Positions 1 through 14,276 of a stretch of DNA of 64,000 nucleotides are shown piece by piece. Under the pieces are notes generated by a model. The model made no database searches, was not told the origin of the DNA, and was given only the letters and a program-made list of their open reading frames with translations. The stretch comes from Octopus vulgaris (taxonomy: Eukaryota), in NCBI GenBank assembly GCA_951406725.2, contig OX597826.1:4340001-4404000 (forward strand). Reading direction: 5' to 3'. Position 1 is the first letter of the stretch, and each line of letters opens with the position of its first letter. A program made the position numbers and the translations under genes.

Positions 1-351
1 TAAAAACAACCAACACCACTACCCCCCCCAACACACCTCCGACTTCCACCTTATAAATCCTTCTTTTGCCGTCACTCCTCCTCCAACGCCTATTTAATAT
101 TATCATTATTATCATCATTATTATTATTATTATTATCATCATTACTACAATTGCTATCATCGTCAGCTCTTCCTCCTTCTCCTCCTCCCGTATTCCCTTT
201 TCATTTCACCATGTTCGTTTCTGCTTTTCTATTTCTCTCTCTCTCAATATCGTTTGTTTCCCCCCTTCGCTTCTCTCACTACGACTCTCGTCTCTGGCTT
301 GCACCTTCCTCAGCAGCGCACCTTGCCCCCTCTGCCTGCCACCCTGTGCAG

Positions 352-477
352 ACAGACAGTCAGACAGCCAGGCAAGACAACACAGGGCGAGGCAATCACC
401 GAAGCTTGTGTGTGAACTATGCTGAAAATATGTCTTCTGTATCAGTGGCCTATATTCCTGTGGAGTTTCGCTTTTGA
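352..477 (+). CDS. Candidate terminal coding exon of an unidentified gene entering from upstream of the window (frame undetermined)
   Basis: A long pyrimidine tract (~170-345) ends in TGTGCAG (AG 350-351; alternative CCTCAG with AG 312-313) and is followed by an abrupt switch to GC-balanced non-repetitive sequence. All three frames are open after the acceptor, with stops at 413-415 (..GEAITEACV*), 423-425 (..PKLVCELC*) and 475-477 (..AYIPVEFRF*). No recognised homology. Confidence 0.3.
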   Translation, partial: TDSQTARQDNTGRGNHRSLCVNYAENMSSVSVAYIPVEFRF

Positions 478-1859
478 TACGTATATACATACATACAGAA
501 CATAAATACATATATATGTATATAAATATATATATATATAGATAGATAACATAACTATATATATACATAAGCGTGTATATATATATATATATATATATAT
601 AGATATATACATATAGATATAAATATATATGCATGTAAATATATACACATATAACTTGAAGTAACATATATATATTTATATATATGCGTATATGTGTATA
701 TATGTACGTATGTATACGTGTATATATATTATATATTTGCTACACACTAAAATAACAACGACGGTGTGTCCTATTCTGTTCGGCTTGGATAAATTTTTCT
801 CTGCTTGTTCTCTTCTACAAGTACCTACGTCACCTTCGCAATCACCACCATCACCATCATCATCATCATTGTCATCGTCCTCATCATCATCATCGTCATT
901 TCATCGCCCTATCTACTGCTACCTTGGATATGTATAAATATATAAATATATATATATAAGAAATATACATACATTCATAAGCCTACACGCACATCGCATC
1001 CACAACTAATCTCTCTCTAACAAAACTTACACAGTCACACATGCACACGTGTAAACAGACACACACGTAGATGCACTGACACATTACAAAACACAAACAC
1101 AGACACAAACTTACACACGTACACATTTATATATATATATATACACATACAAACATATACATATCTTTATATACATACGCATACAGACACACATACACAC
1201 GAGTGAAACTTACACAACTACGTTATCACAAACAACACAAATATATATATATCTATTTATAAATATATATATATATAAATGGATATATAACATATATGAG
1301 TGTGTGTGTATATATTTTGGAATAATATACATACATACATGTATAACTACAAATATTTAGTGCTTCTCTACAAGGAGGTTCCGTAAAAATAACACGAATA
1401 TATCCAAATCAAACGAAGAAAGAGGTGAAATATTATAACATAAAAAAAAAAGAATATTTTTTAAATAACATAATATATGATTGATAATTATTACGATTAT
1501 TGTTATTAAACCACAAAACTAATTAACATGGAACTTATTACAGGAATAATGATTTTGCTTAAATGCCTTGATCTTGCTTTCGGTAAGTACTGTTTTAGAA
1601 TTTTTTACACTTTACCACAACGTTATTTTTAGTATTCTTCGGATTATTATTATTATTATTATTATTATAAAGGTATTACGTGTAGGTGTTAGAGCTTATT
1701 CTGTGAGTACATGCGTGCGTGTGTGTTTGTGTTGTGTTGTGTTGTTATAGTAAAATTTGTTATACAGCTTCAAATTGCTTATCTATTTATCAATATACAT
1801 AACTACAGCCAGATGTGTGTGTGTGTTTGTTTATGCGTCTGTAGAATGTGCGCATGTGA

Positions 1860-1911
<52 letters not shown>

Positions 1912-2776
1912 ATAAGCTATATGTGTATGCATGCGTGTATGTGTACCTCTGTATTAGTTCTAAGCATACGAAGTTTGGTATGGATATTAAGACAACTAGT
2001 CTTGCACACTTTGGCATAACACATACACACACACAAACATCCACGAATCCACAAGCGCTCACACACACACACACACACACACAGTTGTACACACGCATGT
2101 GTTGGTATACACATATATAAATATATAGACGTGCACACACATAGATTTGTAAATGTATTGTGCTTATATCCACGAGTATGTTTGTGTATATGCATATGTG
2201 CATGTAAACACACACACACACACACAGATTGTCATTCAGACATCCATCTATACAGACATACATACATACCTCATACATAATTGTGCATACATCTATGCAT
2301 TCCTTTTCTTGTATGCACAGCTAAAGAGTGCCATCAGTGTAAGACGGTGATAGTACAACACGATTTTACCTGGAAATACGTACATGCATCTATGCCAAAC
2401 ATAAGAACGTATTTGTGCACGTCTGTGTGCCTACGAATGCACATAGGTGCGTGTATATGTCAATATTTCGGGAGCGAAATGCATGTGTGATTTATTGCGT
2501 GTGTGTTAATGTTTAGGTGCGAACAGAGAACGTGTAAATAAGCTGTTTCAAAGTATACAAAATGATTTTCACAGAATTCTTCCTCCAAAATGCTAAATGC
2601 ATGCAAACACGTATGCATGCATTCGCGCATTCATACGCATGCATGTGCACCGGAATAGACGCACATAGGAGTTTTATCATCTGATCATGCAATACGGAAA
2701 CATACAGAAAAATTACAACACACAGCACAAAGATACACAAAAACTCACAGCCTCTCTCTCTCTCTCTCTCTTTTTC

Positions 2777-2826
<50 letters not shown>

Positions 2827-3033
2827 GACAAATACACACACAAACACAAAACGGCAACGAGAGATGTTGTCAAAGGAACATATTCAGTGACACTACATAT
2901 CTTATATCCAAATATACGGAAATATCCGCATGTGTATATATATATATATATATTTATATATCTATATATATATATATATATATATATATTGTAATACATT
3001 GAAACATGCATTCGCGTTCTTTCGCTCTCGCTG

Positions 3034-3079
<46 letters not shown>

Positions 3080-3205
3080 ACACACACACACACCAGGAAT
3101 TATTCCTCATTAGAATCCTTTCCGTACACTTCTCCACAAATGTTGTTCCTCTCTGTCGCAATTATACTCTTTACATAAACTTCACACGCACTAAATGAGT
3201 TACTC

Positions 3206-3236
<31 letters not shown>

Positions 3237-4342
3237 ACATCGCGTAGAAATATTGAAGATAATTCTCACTCTTGTGTGTTTGTATGTGTCCATATATAAA
3301 TACATATATATATACATATATATAGTCGATGATTCATGCTGTGATAGAAATAACTATACGGAACATTATTTGTGTTGTCTTTTATAACTGACAACAATAA
3401 ATTTAGATATACGTATCCATGTGTGTATGTATGTAAATACGTGTTGTGAGTAAAATATATACATACTCGAAAGAATTGTTGGTTCATAGAGCTATATATT
3501 TTCATCTAGCTAGCTATCTCAGTGTGTATGTATATATGTATGTGTGTGCATATATATATATATATATAAATACACATATATATATATGTGTGTGTGTGTG
3601 TATAGAAAGATAAGATATGATATGATCGAGCTGTCATTAAATTTATAAATTTCTTCCATCTTGCTATTCATGTATACACACATACACACACATCATCATC
3701 ATCATCATCATCGTCCAAGAAGACACCCTACTATGTAAACAATCTAGGTGTGTACAAAAGTTAATAAAAGGACATGAAGTCAGTAACGACTTCGCTTTGT
3801 TATAAGCTGAAATATTCATATATTAACAGCGAAGTAATAAGTTTTAAATCTTTCCGACTTTGGAAAAAATCAATTATCCATTTCTCAATCAATCATTATT
3901 TAAATACTTACGGTATTTTGCTTATTTTCTTATATTTTTTATAATGTTTGCATAAGTATTGGTAAAATATGTTTATTGATACAAAGTTGTACAATGCGTA
4001 TGGGCATTCATCTATGCATGTTTGTATGTATGTATGTATGTATGTATGTATGTATGTGTATGTATGTATGTATGTATGTATGTATGTATGCAGGTAGTGT
4101 TCCAGGTGCAAATGAGAGCTTCTGTGAAATATAAGCAGGTAGATAATAGGAAACACCTCAGTGATATATATATATACATATTATATATTTATATATATAT
4201 AAAATATGTGTGTGTCCATTGTACATGTATGTATGTTAAGAGGCTTGTGTAAACACACACACACACACACACATATACAACACCTGTCGTATGATTAAAA
4301 CTTTATACTTTTGTATGAGAGAATATCTCATCTCTTTCCCAC

Positions 4343-4393
<51 letters not shown>

Positions 4394-4404
4394 TTTTATA
4401 AGCT

Positions 4405-4533
4405 TGAAACTTATAAGCGATCACCCCACGCAAGGACTAGAGGAAATAGTCTAAATAATGGGATTCAACAGAAAAAAAGTAGGTTTTCCCGAACGCGTGG
4501 GACTCGAACCCACACCTCTTTGTTTTCGGGCAC
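4405..4533 (-). mobile_element. Fragment of a tRNA-derived SINE (3' half of a tRNA-like head plus short body)
   Basis: The reverse complement reads GGTGCCCGAAAACAAAGAGGTGTGGGTTCGAGTCCCACGCGTTCGGG, with a perfect T-arm GTGGG-TTCGAGT-CCCAC / B box. The D-arm and A box are missing, so it is not a functional tRNA. Confidence 0.6.
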
Positions 4534-4748
4534 CAAAATAAGTTTGTTACGTATGTGTGTATGATTTTGTGTGCCTATATATATATATATATACACACAC
4601 ACATGACATTATCCAAATAATAACATAATTATACTTTTATACAAATGTATGTGTGTGTGCGTGTGTGTTTATGCATGCGTATATATACATCATCAATGAA
4701 TTTGCACGAAATATATTTCAAGTCTTTCTGCGCCTATGCGAATGGATG

Positions 4749-4809
<61 letters not shown>

Positions 4810-5246
4810 CTCGTTATGCATATTTTGGCGTTTGTGCCTGCATATGAGTATATCTGAATAGATTTGCCTGGTTGCGTGCGCGTGTATGCAGTTCTGCGAG
4901 TGTTCAAACGTTTACATATAAATTTCAGTGCATGCGTGTGCATTTGTGTGCATAATAATTGTGTGTACGTGTGTGTTCGTGTGTGCATCCTGGCATGACT
5001 GTTGTATGTATCCGTGTGTGCGCATGCATTTATATATTACAAGGTGTTAGATATATATATATCTCATACACACACACACACACATGTATAAGCGAGTTTG
5101 TGTGTGTGTGTGTGCGTGTTTATGTGTGTGTGTGTGTGTGTGTGTGTATATCAAAACAGGGGTATGTGTGTTCAGATGTCATGTTCGCTATTTGTTTGTG
5201 TACCTGCGTGTGTAGATACTTTTGTATGACTATATATGAATGCCTC

Positions 5247-5305
<59 letters not shown>

Positions 5306-5573
5306 GCAGGTATGTTCTCGTATATGTGCTGTTCATGGAAGTACATACATGTACACAAAATAAATGCGTGTGTGTCATGTTTGTAGACACGCGAGCGCGC
5401 GATTTATTACCTGTCTTTTCAAACGATGGAGCTTGAAACGACATTGTATGTATATATGTATACTATGCAATTTTGCATGCATATAATTGTGTACGTATAA
5501 TACGCATGCGTGTATACATGTATGAGAGTAATCGTGTATATGTATATATATATCTTGTATGCACGTATGTTAG

Positions 5574-5737
5574 ATGAGGAATCTGATAACCGTAGTTCAC
5601 CTACTGGTAACCATGTAAACCAGTATAACTTGTCCATGGTGGAGCCGTCGGGGAATAAACCGGCAACCCTACGAAGCTTGCTTAAGAAGGACAGTTGTGT
5701 TTGGATAGCCTACAAGAAAATGAACAAAATCCAGTAA
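5574..5737 (+). CDS. Candidate terminal coding exon (xDEESDNRSSPTGNHVNQYNLSMVEPSGNKPATLRSLLKKDSCVWIAYKKMNKIQ*)
   Basis: A complex, GC-balanced island between microsatellites, starting right after TGTTAG (AG 5572-5573). Only the phase-1 frame stays open (about 54 codons to TAA). The peptide has a natural composition and an LRSLL (LxxLL-like) motif. About 550 bp of non-repetitive UTR-like sequence follows. Confidence 0.35.
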
Positions 5738-6737
5738 ACACTATTTCATCAACTACTATCCATTTTGTGTGTATATATACCATATATTTATACGTATATG
5801 TGCCTTTGCATGTGTGTATAGATTCACATGGGAGAAGGATACACTCGTCCAAAATCTACTGGTCTTTTCTCAGTTTTTGTTTGTTGTTATGTTTTAACGG
5901 TTTCAAACACTTCAAGATTTGTGCTCGTGTCGTACAAACATGTCTCAATATAAAATTTGATGCGCGGTTGCAGTTTGTGCCCCTAATTCTGTTGCTTCAA
6001 GCGTGCTTTCTTTTGTTCCTTCAAGTCAAAACTCACTCTTTTAAGAATCAAGGACAGCAGACCATTTGTTTGCGGCGTTTGAGATATTACAGACAGAGCA
6101 ATACCGCTGTATCACAAGTTTCTTTGTATATATATTATAACTTAGAAGTTGCAGTAGGATCAAGCACAATCACTATTTTCTCGTCCCTCGTGCAGCTATG
6201 TTCATCATAGAAGCTCTTTCCAAAATCTTGTAGTACAGTCATGCACAGTCACATCGCGAAGTCACCACGCTTCTAATTTTAAATTGGTCCAATTCTGGAT
6301 TGTTAAATGATGGTCATACTAGAAAACTAGTCAGTGGGTGCATTTTCATACACATATATAGTGTGTGTACTTACGAAGGTAAAAAAAAAAGTATTGTGTG
6401 TGTGTGTAATAAGGTGTATGTAAGGTTTTATATATCTATGTATATAGATACGAATGCTATGTATATATGTATGCATATGTAGATGCTTGTATGAAAGCAT
6501 CTAAATATATGCAAATATCTGTGCATACATGTGTGTGTGGGCATGTGCGTTTATCTGAGTCTGTATCCAATTTCTGCTCTGCAACTTAGCATTTCGAGAA
6601 ATAGGGAACGACAAGAAGTATGCATGGTTGAAATATGTACAGAGGACCAATACGTTCGACAAAGTAATGCTGCTGCATGGTCGGTGTCCAACAACTAAAA
6701 CTCGTGTACTAGAGCTAGTATAATTGTGCGTTCATGC

Positions 6738-6768
<31 letters not shown>

Positions 6769-7022
6769 GTTGTATGGTAAAGAGATAAGGTACCTAAGAA
6801 ATTGAATGCATGCTTGTGCGTGTGTGAGCATGCCTCCAACACAGTATCCAGTGTTTATAAACAGTACGTGTGTGTATTTTCAGCGAAGTTGCTGTCCAAA
6901 AATATTACCTTCATGAAAAATATATGGAAAACCAATTAAAAACACAGACACATGCACATACATAATGCCCCACACAAACACACACATTCTTAGAAACATA
7001 ACACGACTACGAACAAACACAC

Positions 7023-7185
7023 ACATATATATGTATATATATGTATATGTACATATGTATGTGTATATATATGTATATATATATGTATATACATATATAT
7101 GTATGTGTGTATATATATATATGTATATATATGTATGTATATATATATGTATATATGTATGTATATATATATGTATATATGTATG

Positions 7186-7220
<35 letters not shown>

Positions 7221-7532
7221 ATATATATATATGTATATATGTATGTATATATATATGTATATATGTATGTATATATATATGTATATATGTATGTATATAT
7301 ATATGTATATATGTATGTGTATATATGTATGTATATATATATATGTATATATGTATGTATATATGTATGTATATATATATATGTATGTATGTTTGTATGT
7401 ATATGATATATGTATATGGTATATGTATATTATATATGTATATATATATATATGTATATATATATATGTATATATATATGTATAAATATATATGTATATA
7501 TATATATATATATATATACATATATACATACA
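7023..7532. repeat. ~500 bp compound (AT)/(ATGT) micro/minisatellite with ~20-bp higher-order units
   Basis: Directly visible repeats of ATATATATGTATATATGTATGT-like units. Confidence 0.95.
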
Positions 7533-8576
7533 TGTGAATTGACAAATGCAAATACATTTAAGCACACATGATGAAAGCTAATTTATTGCACACACGCACC
7601 AACAACAACTCAAGCGCTCAAACGCGATTCATAAGCCCAAAGCAGCTCCAGAATGCAGTTTTTCACATTATGTCCATCTGTAAGAGTATCTCCAAATGGA
7701 TATAGATGTATGTCAGTAGGTATGCTTGGTGTGGTTTGGTGTGGATTGTAATTAGAGCTATATCAGGCAAAAAGTTATCAATCTGTATATCTAAATATAT
7801 ATATATATATATAATTACTTCTACATGTATTTTAAGTTTGGTGCTCTGGGAACTCAAGTTTCATACACACACACACACACACACAGACACACATATATAT
7901 ATATATACATATATATATAAACGTATATGAGTAGATATATATATAAATACATGTATACAGTTTACATTTATACTTAAGTATATATATCCATATACACGTG
8001 TGTATATATATATATATATCCACACACACGTGTATGTATATATATATATATACACACACACACATATTTTCATACCCACATATATAAATGTAAGTTACAT
8101 AGATTTTGTGCGCTTATATGTGTCTGTGTGTTCGTGAGCATATATCTGTATACATAACAATTTATGTATGTGCATAAACTATATGAAAATGTCTGTATGT
8201 GTAAAGTATGTGTATGTATATATTTGTGGAAAGGTATATATATGTATAATGTATGTATATAAAAAATATATGTATATATATATTTATATATATATGAGCA
8301 TGTATGTAAGGATATGTATATAAATGTGTATAATATATAAAGGATATATGTATGCACATATATAGTATAAATGTATATATTTATCTTAAGCACAAATATG
8401 TGTGTAGACTTAATAACTAAATACGTATCTCAGTACACTTGTGTGTGTGTGTCACTGACTCTGTGTATGTATATAGGAAACATATAAACTTTTTGATACA
8501 TAACAAATACAAGTTTGTATAAGAAATATAACATTCATATATATATATATTTCAGATATGCTTATATTGCATGTAT

Positions 8577-8627
<51 letters not shown>

Positions 8628-8907
8628 TGCATATATAGAATGTATATATCTTATATTCATAAGCAGAGTATTTATTCAATATCATTTCATATGCTACACA
8701 TTAAGTGTTCTACATTATGGTTATATTATATACAGATATATGTGTTGTTTGATATACTTATGCATATTTCTATATAATATGTAGAACCATATATTTTATG
8801 TGATATATTATTTAATATATATGAACAAATAAAAACAAAATAAACATGTATAATATAAATCCTAAGATGTATGTTTGAACGCGTGTATATCATGTATATG
8901 AACATTA

Positions 8908-8946
<39 letters not shown>

Positions 8947-9189
8947 TTTGTGTGTGTATAATCATACACGAATATAGTTATGTATATATATATATATATA
9001 TACATTCGTGCAGATATAGATACTGATACAGTATGATTAAGTATATATATATGTTTATATGCATATGTATATAAACATTTATGCATTGTATATAATTAAG
9101 AAATAGTTGGATATTCTACTTTTATACGTGGACACACACACACACACACACATATGTATATGCATAACTCTGTGTGAGTGGCCAAAAAA

Positions 9190-9414
9190 GGTGGCGAGCT
9201 GGTAGAAACGTTAGCACGCCGGGCGAAATTCGTAGTCGTATTTCGTCTGTCGTTACGTTCCGAGTTCAAATTCCGCCGAGGTCGACTTTGCCTTTCATCC
9301 TTTCGGGGTCGATAAATTAAGTACCAGTTACGCACTGGGGTCGATGTAGTCGACTTAATCCCTTTGTCTGTCCTTGTTTGTCCCCTCTGTGTTTAGCCCC
9401 TTGTGGGTAGTAAA

Positions 9415-9417
<3 letters not shown>
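9190..9417 (+). mobile_element. SINE family A (tRNA-derived), tail type 1, full length
   Basis: Head GGTGGCGAGCTGGTAGAAACGTTAGCACG with B box GAGTTCAAATTCC; central GTCGACTTTGCCTTTCATCCTTTCGGGGTCGATAAATTAAGTACCAG (resembles the MetaSINE central domain); near-identical to the copies at 22820, 46841, 52536 and 63650. Confidence 0.92.
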
Positions 9418-9459
<42 letters not shown>

Positions 9460-9542
9460 GCGATAGCTCCTTTTAATAGTGAAACGATTTGCCAAATAAG
9501 TTATGGATGATTCAAGATATCATTTTTTAATTAAAATTTAGA

Positions 9543-9618
<76 letters not shown>

Positions 9619-9621
9619 CTG

Positions 9622-9654
<33 letters not shown>

Positions 9655-10778
9655 TGATAAATATACAGATGGATAGATCTGGATTAATATGTTTATAGAG
9701 GATTTTGCGAATGCAGCTGGGATTAATAATTTTCATGTAGAGAATATGTGTATATGGACGTATAGATTGCGTGTATGAACATTTGTTTGTGTGTGTGTGT
9801 GTGTATATCTCTATAAGTACGTGTGTGTGTGTGTGCACTTATTTGTGCATGTTTTTCAACTATTACCCCTAGACGTGTTAACCGCGGTGTTTGCGACGTT
9901 GTAGATCATCAGCTTTTCACGCATAATTGAATCCTACAAGATATATCGAATACTTTCTCTCTTCTATGGAAATCACACACACACACACACACACATTGAC
10001 ATAAGCATACAATATTATAGTTTATCGGTGGCGAATTTGCATATTCGTCGGTGCGTTGGTACGGCTCTTCGCGCTTTTTCCTTCAACGCTTTGCGCTTTG
10101 AGTTCAATGCTCACCGTAGTCTTTTTCTTCTTTCACTCTTTGGGATTCGATTTAGAAAATACCAAGCAAACGTGTCGGATTGACCGACTTAGTCCGTTAC
10201 CTTAATACGTTGCTCACTTTGAAACTGCAACCCCCGGTACTTTCGGGCGACTTTTAACCGAGTCCCGCTTATTACAAGCTTTCGGACAGGCTTCCAGGTT
10301 GAGAACGCCTCCGTCTTAGAAGTTTGGGACTCTCTTTGAAGGATCATAACTCTGCCTTCACTCTTTACTAAACAACAAAATGAATGCTTGTCCAATATTC
10401 CTCTACATTGATGTTGTGGTTGTTTAATTTGACGATATTCCTGATCGCCTACACTCATAATCACACACACACACACACACATATATTTTAACTGCGGTCA
10501 TTCCATCGGTTCTTATATCTATCAAGGGCTATTTTTTCTATGTGTCATAAGGAATGATTTTGAGCTGGATTCGACTACTGTTTCTAGCAGACTTCTTTTC
10601 TCGTTGCAGTTTGCTTTTGTGCATTTTGTAGTTATGTACTGTGTAGTTTATTACGACTATGATATATATATAAGTTTACCATCACACATATATACATACA
10701 CCCAAAAGGGGTTTCCAATCCAAATATTTATATGCTATTATTTATAGCTTTATTACTTCGAGCACCAATCCTCAAAAG

Positions 10779-10847
<69 letters not shown>

Positions 10848-11232
10848 CACACATACACACACGCTCTTGTAAGCCGGTAAACGTTTGTTTTCGCAAATAG
10901 GTGGCTGAGAATACGGCATTAGCTTGAAGAAATACCATGCAGCATTTTCTTTTGGTTCCGTGCGTTCAGGGTTCGAATCCCGTTTTTTTTGTTCTTCTGA
11001 TCAATAAAGACAGAAAGATAATGATTTTGCGGTTTTGGATTGCTGGAACTGTTGGAGGAATCGGAGAAGAGCTGCCGGAACATTTTTATCTGTTCCGGCT
11101 CTTAACGCTCTGGTTATTTCCTCTACCTTTTAGTTTATCTTTCTCCGTGGCAAGCAAACCAGCTGACAGCAGACGGAACGAGGCTCCGGAAAGGACTAAA
11201 ATATTCAAAAGAAAGCAATGAGATTACACACA

Positions 11233-11263
<31 letters not shown>

Positions 11264-11689
11264 TCAGTCGTAGCTGAGTTTCACGAGTTGTACTGGATAT
11301 TGATTGAAAATTCGTCAGCTATACACTCTCAACTTTTATATTGGGCAAATTTTCACCCTTTCAGAATACAAACGTTTACTATAGATGAATATATAAATAT
11401 ATATACGCACTTATATCTATTCATCAGTGTGTGTGTGTGTGTGTGTGTGTGAATCACCGTCGATTTACCTGAAGCAATAAATTATAGAACTCTATTCAAA
11501 AGTAGAGTATTATTCAGTACATAATGACTGATAGGTTTCTACTTTCATCACTTTGACTTACACGTTTCCGATCATTTAGCTGATGATCAGAGCCTGCTTT
11601 TCCTTTGAATATAAGTTTATTGAATATACTTTTAGAAATATTACATAAGTCATGAAGAAAACTCTTATCTGTTTATTAAAAAATGAAAA

Positions 11690-11975
11690 AAAAGAACTTG
11701 CTTCTCAATTGCATGGTTTCGGGTCAAATCCCACTGCGTGGCATCTGGGGTAAAATTTCTTGTCTTTGATATTGGTTTCGGGAACCGACTAAAGCCTTGT
11801 TAGTGGATGTGCTAGATGGAAACTGAAAGAAGACTGTCGTATATATATTATTTGTGTGTGTGTGTCCGTCCTTGTCTCTTTGTTTATCTTCCCAACCGTT
11901 TGACAAGCAGCATTGGTGTGTCTATGTTCCCGTAACCTAGCGATTCAGCAAAAGAGACCAATAAAGTACCAAGCT
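11690..11975 (+). mobile_element. SINE family B, diverged and 3'-truncated
   Basis: CATGGTTTCGGGTCAAATCCCACTGCGTGGCATCTGGG...GGAAACTGAAAGAAGAC...TTGACAAGC matches the family B copies at 32962 and 47201. Confidence 0.75.
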
Positions 11976-11999
11976 TGATGATAATAATGATGATGATGA

Positions 12000-12207
12000 T
12001 TTTAAATTTTTGCCAAAAGAGCAACTTGGGGAAGGGGATTAAGTCGATTAATTCGACCCCAGTGCATAACTGATACTTATTTAATCGACCCCGAAAGGTT
12101 AAAAGGCAGAGTCGACCTCAGTAGAATTTGAACTCAGAACACAGCGACGGACGAAATGCTGCTAAGCATTTCGCCCGGTGTGCTATCGATTCTGCCAGCT
12201 CGGCGCC
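12000..12207 (-). mobile_element. SINE family A, tail type 3 (first of a head-to-tail pair)
   Basis: The reverse complement matches the family A head and centre; the tail is CCCCAAGTTGCTCTTTTGGCAAAAATTT. Confidence 0.85.
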
Positions 12208-12220
12208 TTAATAATTATAT

Positions 12221-12436
12221 TCTTTCTACTAAAGACACAAGGCTTGAAATTTGTGGAGAGGGGACTAATCGATTACATCGACCCCGGTGTTTCACTGGTA
12301 CTTAATTTATCGACTCCGAAAGTATGAAAGGCAAAGTTGGCTTCGGCGGAATTTGAACTCAGAACGTAGCAGCAGACGCTAAGCATTTCGCTAAGCCTTT
12401 CGCCCGGCGTGCTAACGATTCTGCCAGCTCGGCGCC
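12221..12436 (-). mobile_element. SINE family A, tail type 2 (second of the pair)
   Basis: Family A head and centre with tail AAATTTCAAGCCTTGTGTCTTTAGTAGAAAGA; internal 12-bp duplication GCTAAGCATTTC/GCTAAGCCTTTC. Confidence 0.85.
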
Positions 12437-13327
12437 TTAATAATAATATTAATAATATTATTGGGAGAGCGTGTGTATAACAATAATATACAAATATACA
12501 CGCGCTGATACAGAAACACTCAAGTTGAGGCTAAACGCATTCAGTTTTATGTATGGATGTACAATGAAACTGCAAATAGTGATAGCAACATTAAAACATA
12601 GCTGGTGATTAGAATATCTAAATATGTGTGTGTGTGTGATTATATATCTAGATTGATTATGAAATAGTAAACTGTACATGGAGATAGACTGCGGATATGA
12701 GACGAGCGCAGATATATAAATATGAGTTTATGGAATGTGTGAGTATGTGTATATGAATATGTATATATTATTGCATGTCGATGTAAATATGTGCGTGTGT
12801 GTATACACTAGGCTTTATGTTATATATTTGTTTATTATCGCTTAACAACCGCTGATGGGGTGTTTATGTCGCTGTAATTTAGCAGGTCGGTAAAAAAAAT
12901 TAAATAAATATAAAAAAGCGATGCTAGAATAACTATACAGTTAAAATATATACTGGGGTCGATTTAATCACCTGAAACCTTCAGCGCGATGCACCAGCAT
13001 GGCCGCAGTCAGTAACTGAAGCAAGTTGAATAAAAGCACACACGCAGGTATATACATATACGTATAGACATCGATCTAACGTGTAGATACCCACGTATAT
13101 ACACGTTTATTGTTGTTTAACGCCAGTTCAATCTTCAATCATTCAGTAATCACCCGATTTATTTAGAACTTTCTCCCTGTACACATCGAATGAATTCTTC
13201 AGTTCATCAAGACTTTATGACATTATTTGAGGGAGATTTGGTTGTTCTTCTCCGCAAAATGTGAAACCACCTAGAGTTTCCCACTTTGGATACTTCTGCT
13301 TTTCATCGTTACATTAGACGGTTTATA

Positions 13328-13365
<38 letters not shown>

Positions 13366-13914
13366 TATTATTACGATTTAAATATATGTATTAATTTGTA
13401 AGTAGATATACACATATGAAGAAATAATGCGCTGTGGACAGGTAGATAAGCAATTGGATGTGTATGTAGCTGGAAGGATGGACGAATAGATAGGCAGAGG
13501 AATGGACGAGCAGATGAGAGAGAGAAGAACATGGATAGATATTGATTGCGCAGGCGGAAGATTGATACATAGGTAGATAAAGGTAGATATAGTTTTGAAC
13601 GAAATACAGGATCTCGGATACAGAGACGGTTGGAGAGCGAAAGAGGGAGAGCTATACTGCTGAATACACAGATAGTTAGATAGATAGATATATAGATAGA
13701 TATAGAGATAGATAGATAGATAGATGGATAGCATTAAATGGATATTATATGAACAGTTTTCTTGAATAAAAGATGTAATAATTTATTGCATCGAATTGGA
13801 TTATAGATGCATGTAAATTTTACCGAAATTGACGTAATCGAACGCATACGTATAAGCATATTCACACATGCGTGCACACAGAAAAGCGCGCACAATTTTG
13901 TGTAAATTTATACA

Positions 13915-14067
13915 GTAGTTGTGTGGTAAGAAGCTGGCTTACCAACCACATGGTTCCGGGTTCGATCCCACTGCGTGGCGCATTGGGCAAATATCTTCTA
14001 TAATTTCGGGCCGACCAAAGCCTTGTGAGTGGATTTGGTATGCAGAAACTGAAAGAAGCCCGCCGTA

Positions 14068-14111
<44 letters not shown>

Positions 14112-14276
14112 GTGTGTGTGTGTTTGTGTCTGCGTTTGTCCTCCCAACATCGCTTGACAACCGATGTTGGTGTATGTAAGTCCTTGTAGCTTAGCGGTTC
14201 GACAAAAGAGAATTAAGTGGCGGTGCTCCGGCTTGGCCGCAGTCAAATGACTAAAACATGTAAACGAATAAAAGAA
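13915..14276 (+). mobile_element. SINE family B with internal (TA)n(TG)n and an internal deletion
   Basis: GTGTGGTAAGAAGCTGGCTTACCAACCACATGGTTCCGGGTTCGATCCCACTGCGTGG head; ends GCAGTCAAATGACTAAAACATGTAAACGAATAAAAG. Confidence 0.88.

Noticed and set aside
4488-4533. tRNA gene
   Set aside because: Only the T-arm and part of the anticodon region are present, with no D-arm or acceptor stem. SINE heads elsewhere were likewise not called tRNAs.
6880-7565. Long ORFs of 190-225 aa ([12 protein letters not shown]-rich), with similar ones at 33055-34065, 37400-38420, 45048-45629 and 48063-48754
   Set aside because: They are translations of alternating purine-pyrimidine microsatellites, which lack stop codons in all frames.
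9096-9335. Recurrent peptides such as RNWYLIYRPRKDERQSRPRRNLNSER and [16 protein letters not shown] in many ORFs, resembling a gene family
   Set aside because: They are antisense or off-frame translations of SINE families A and B.
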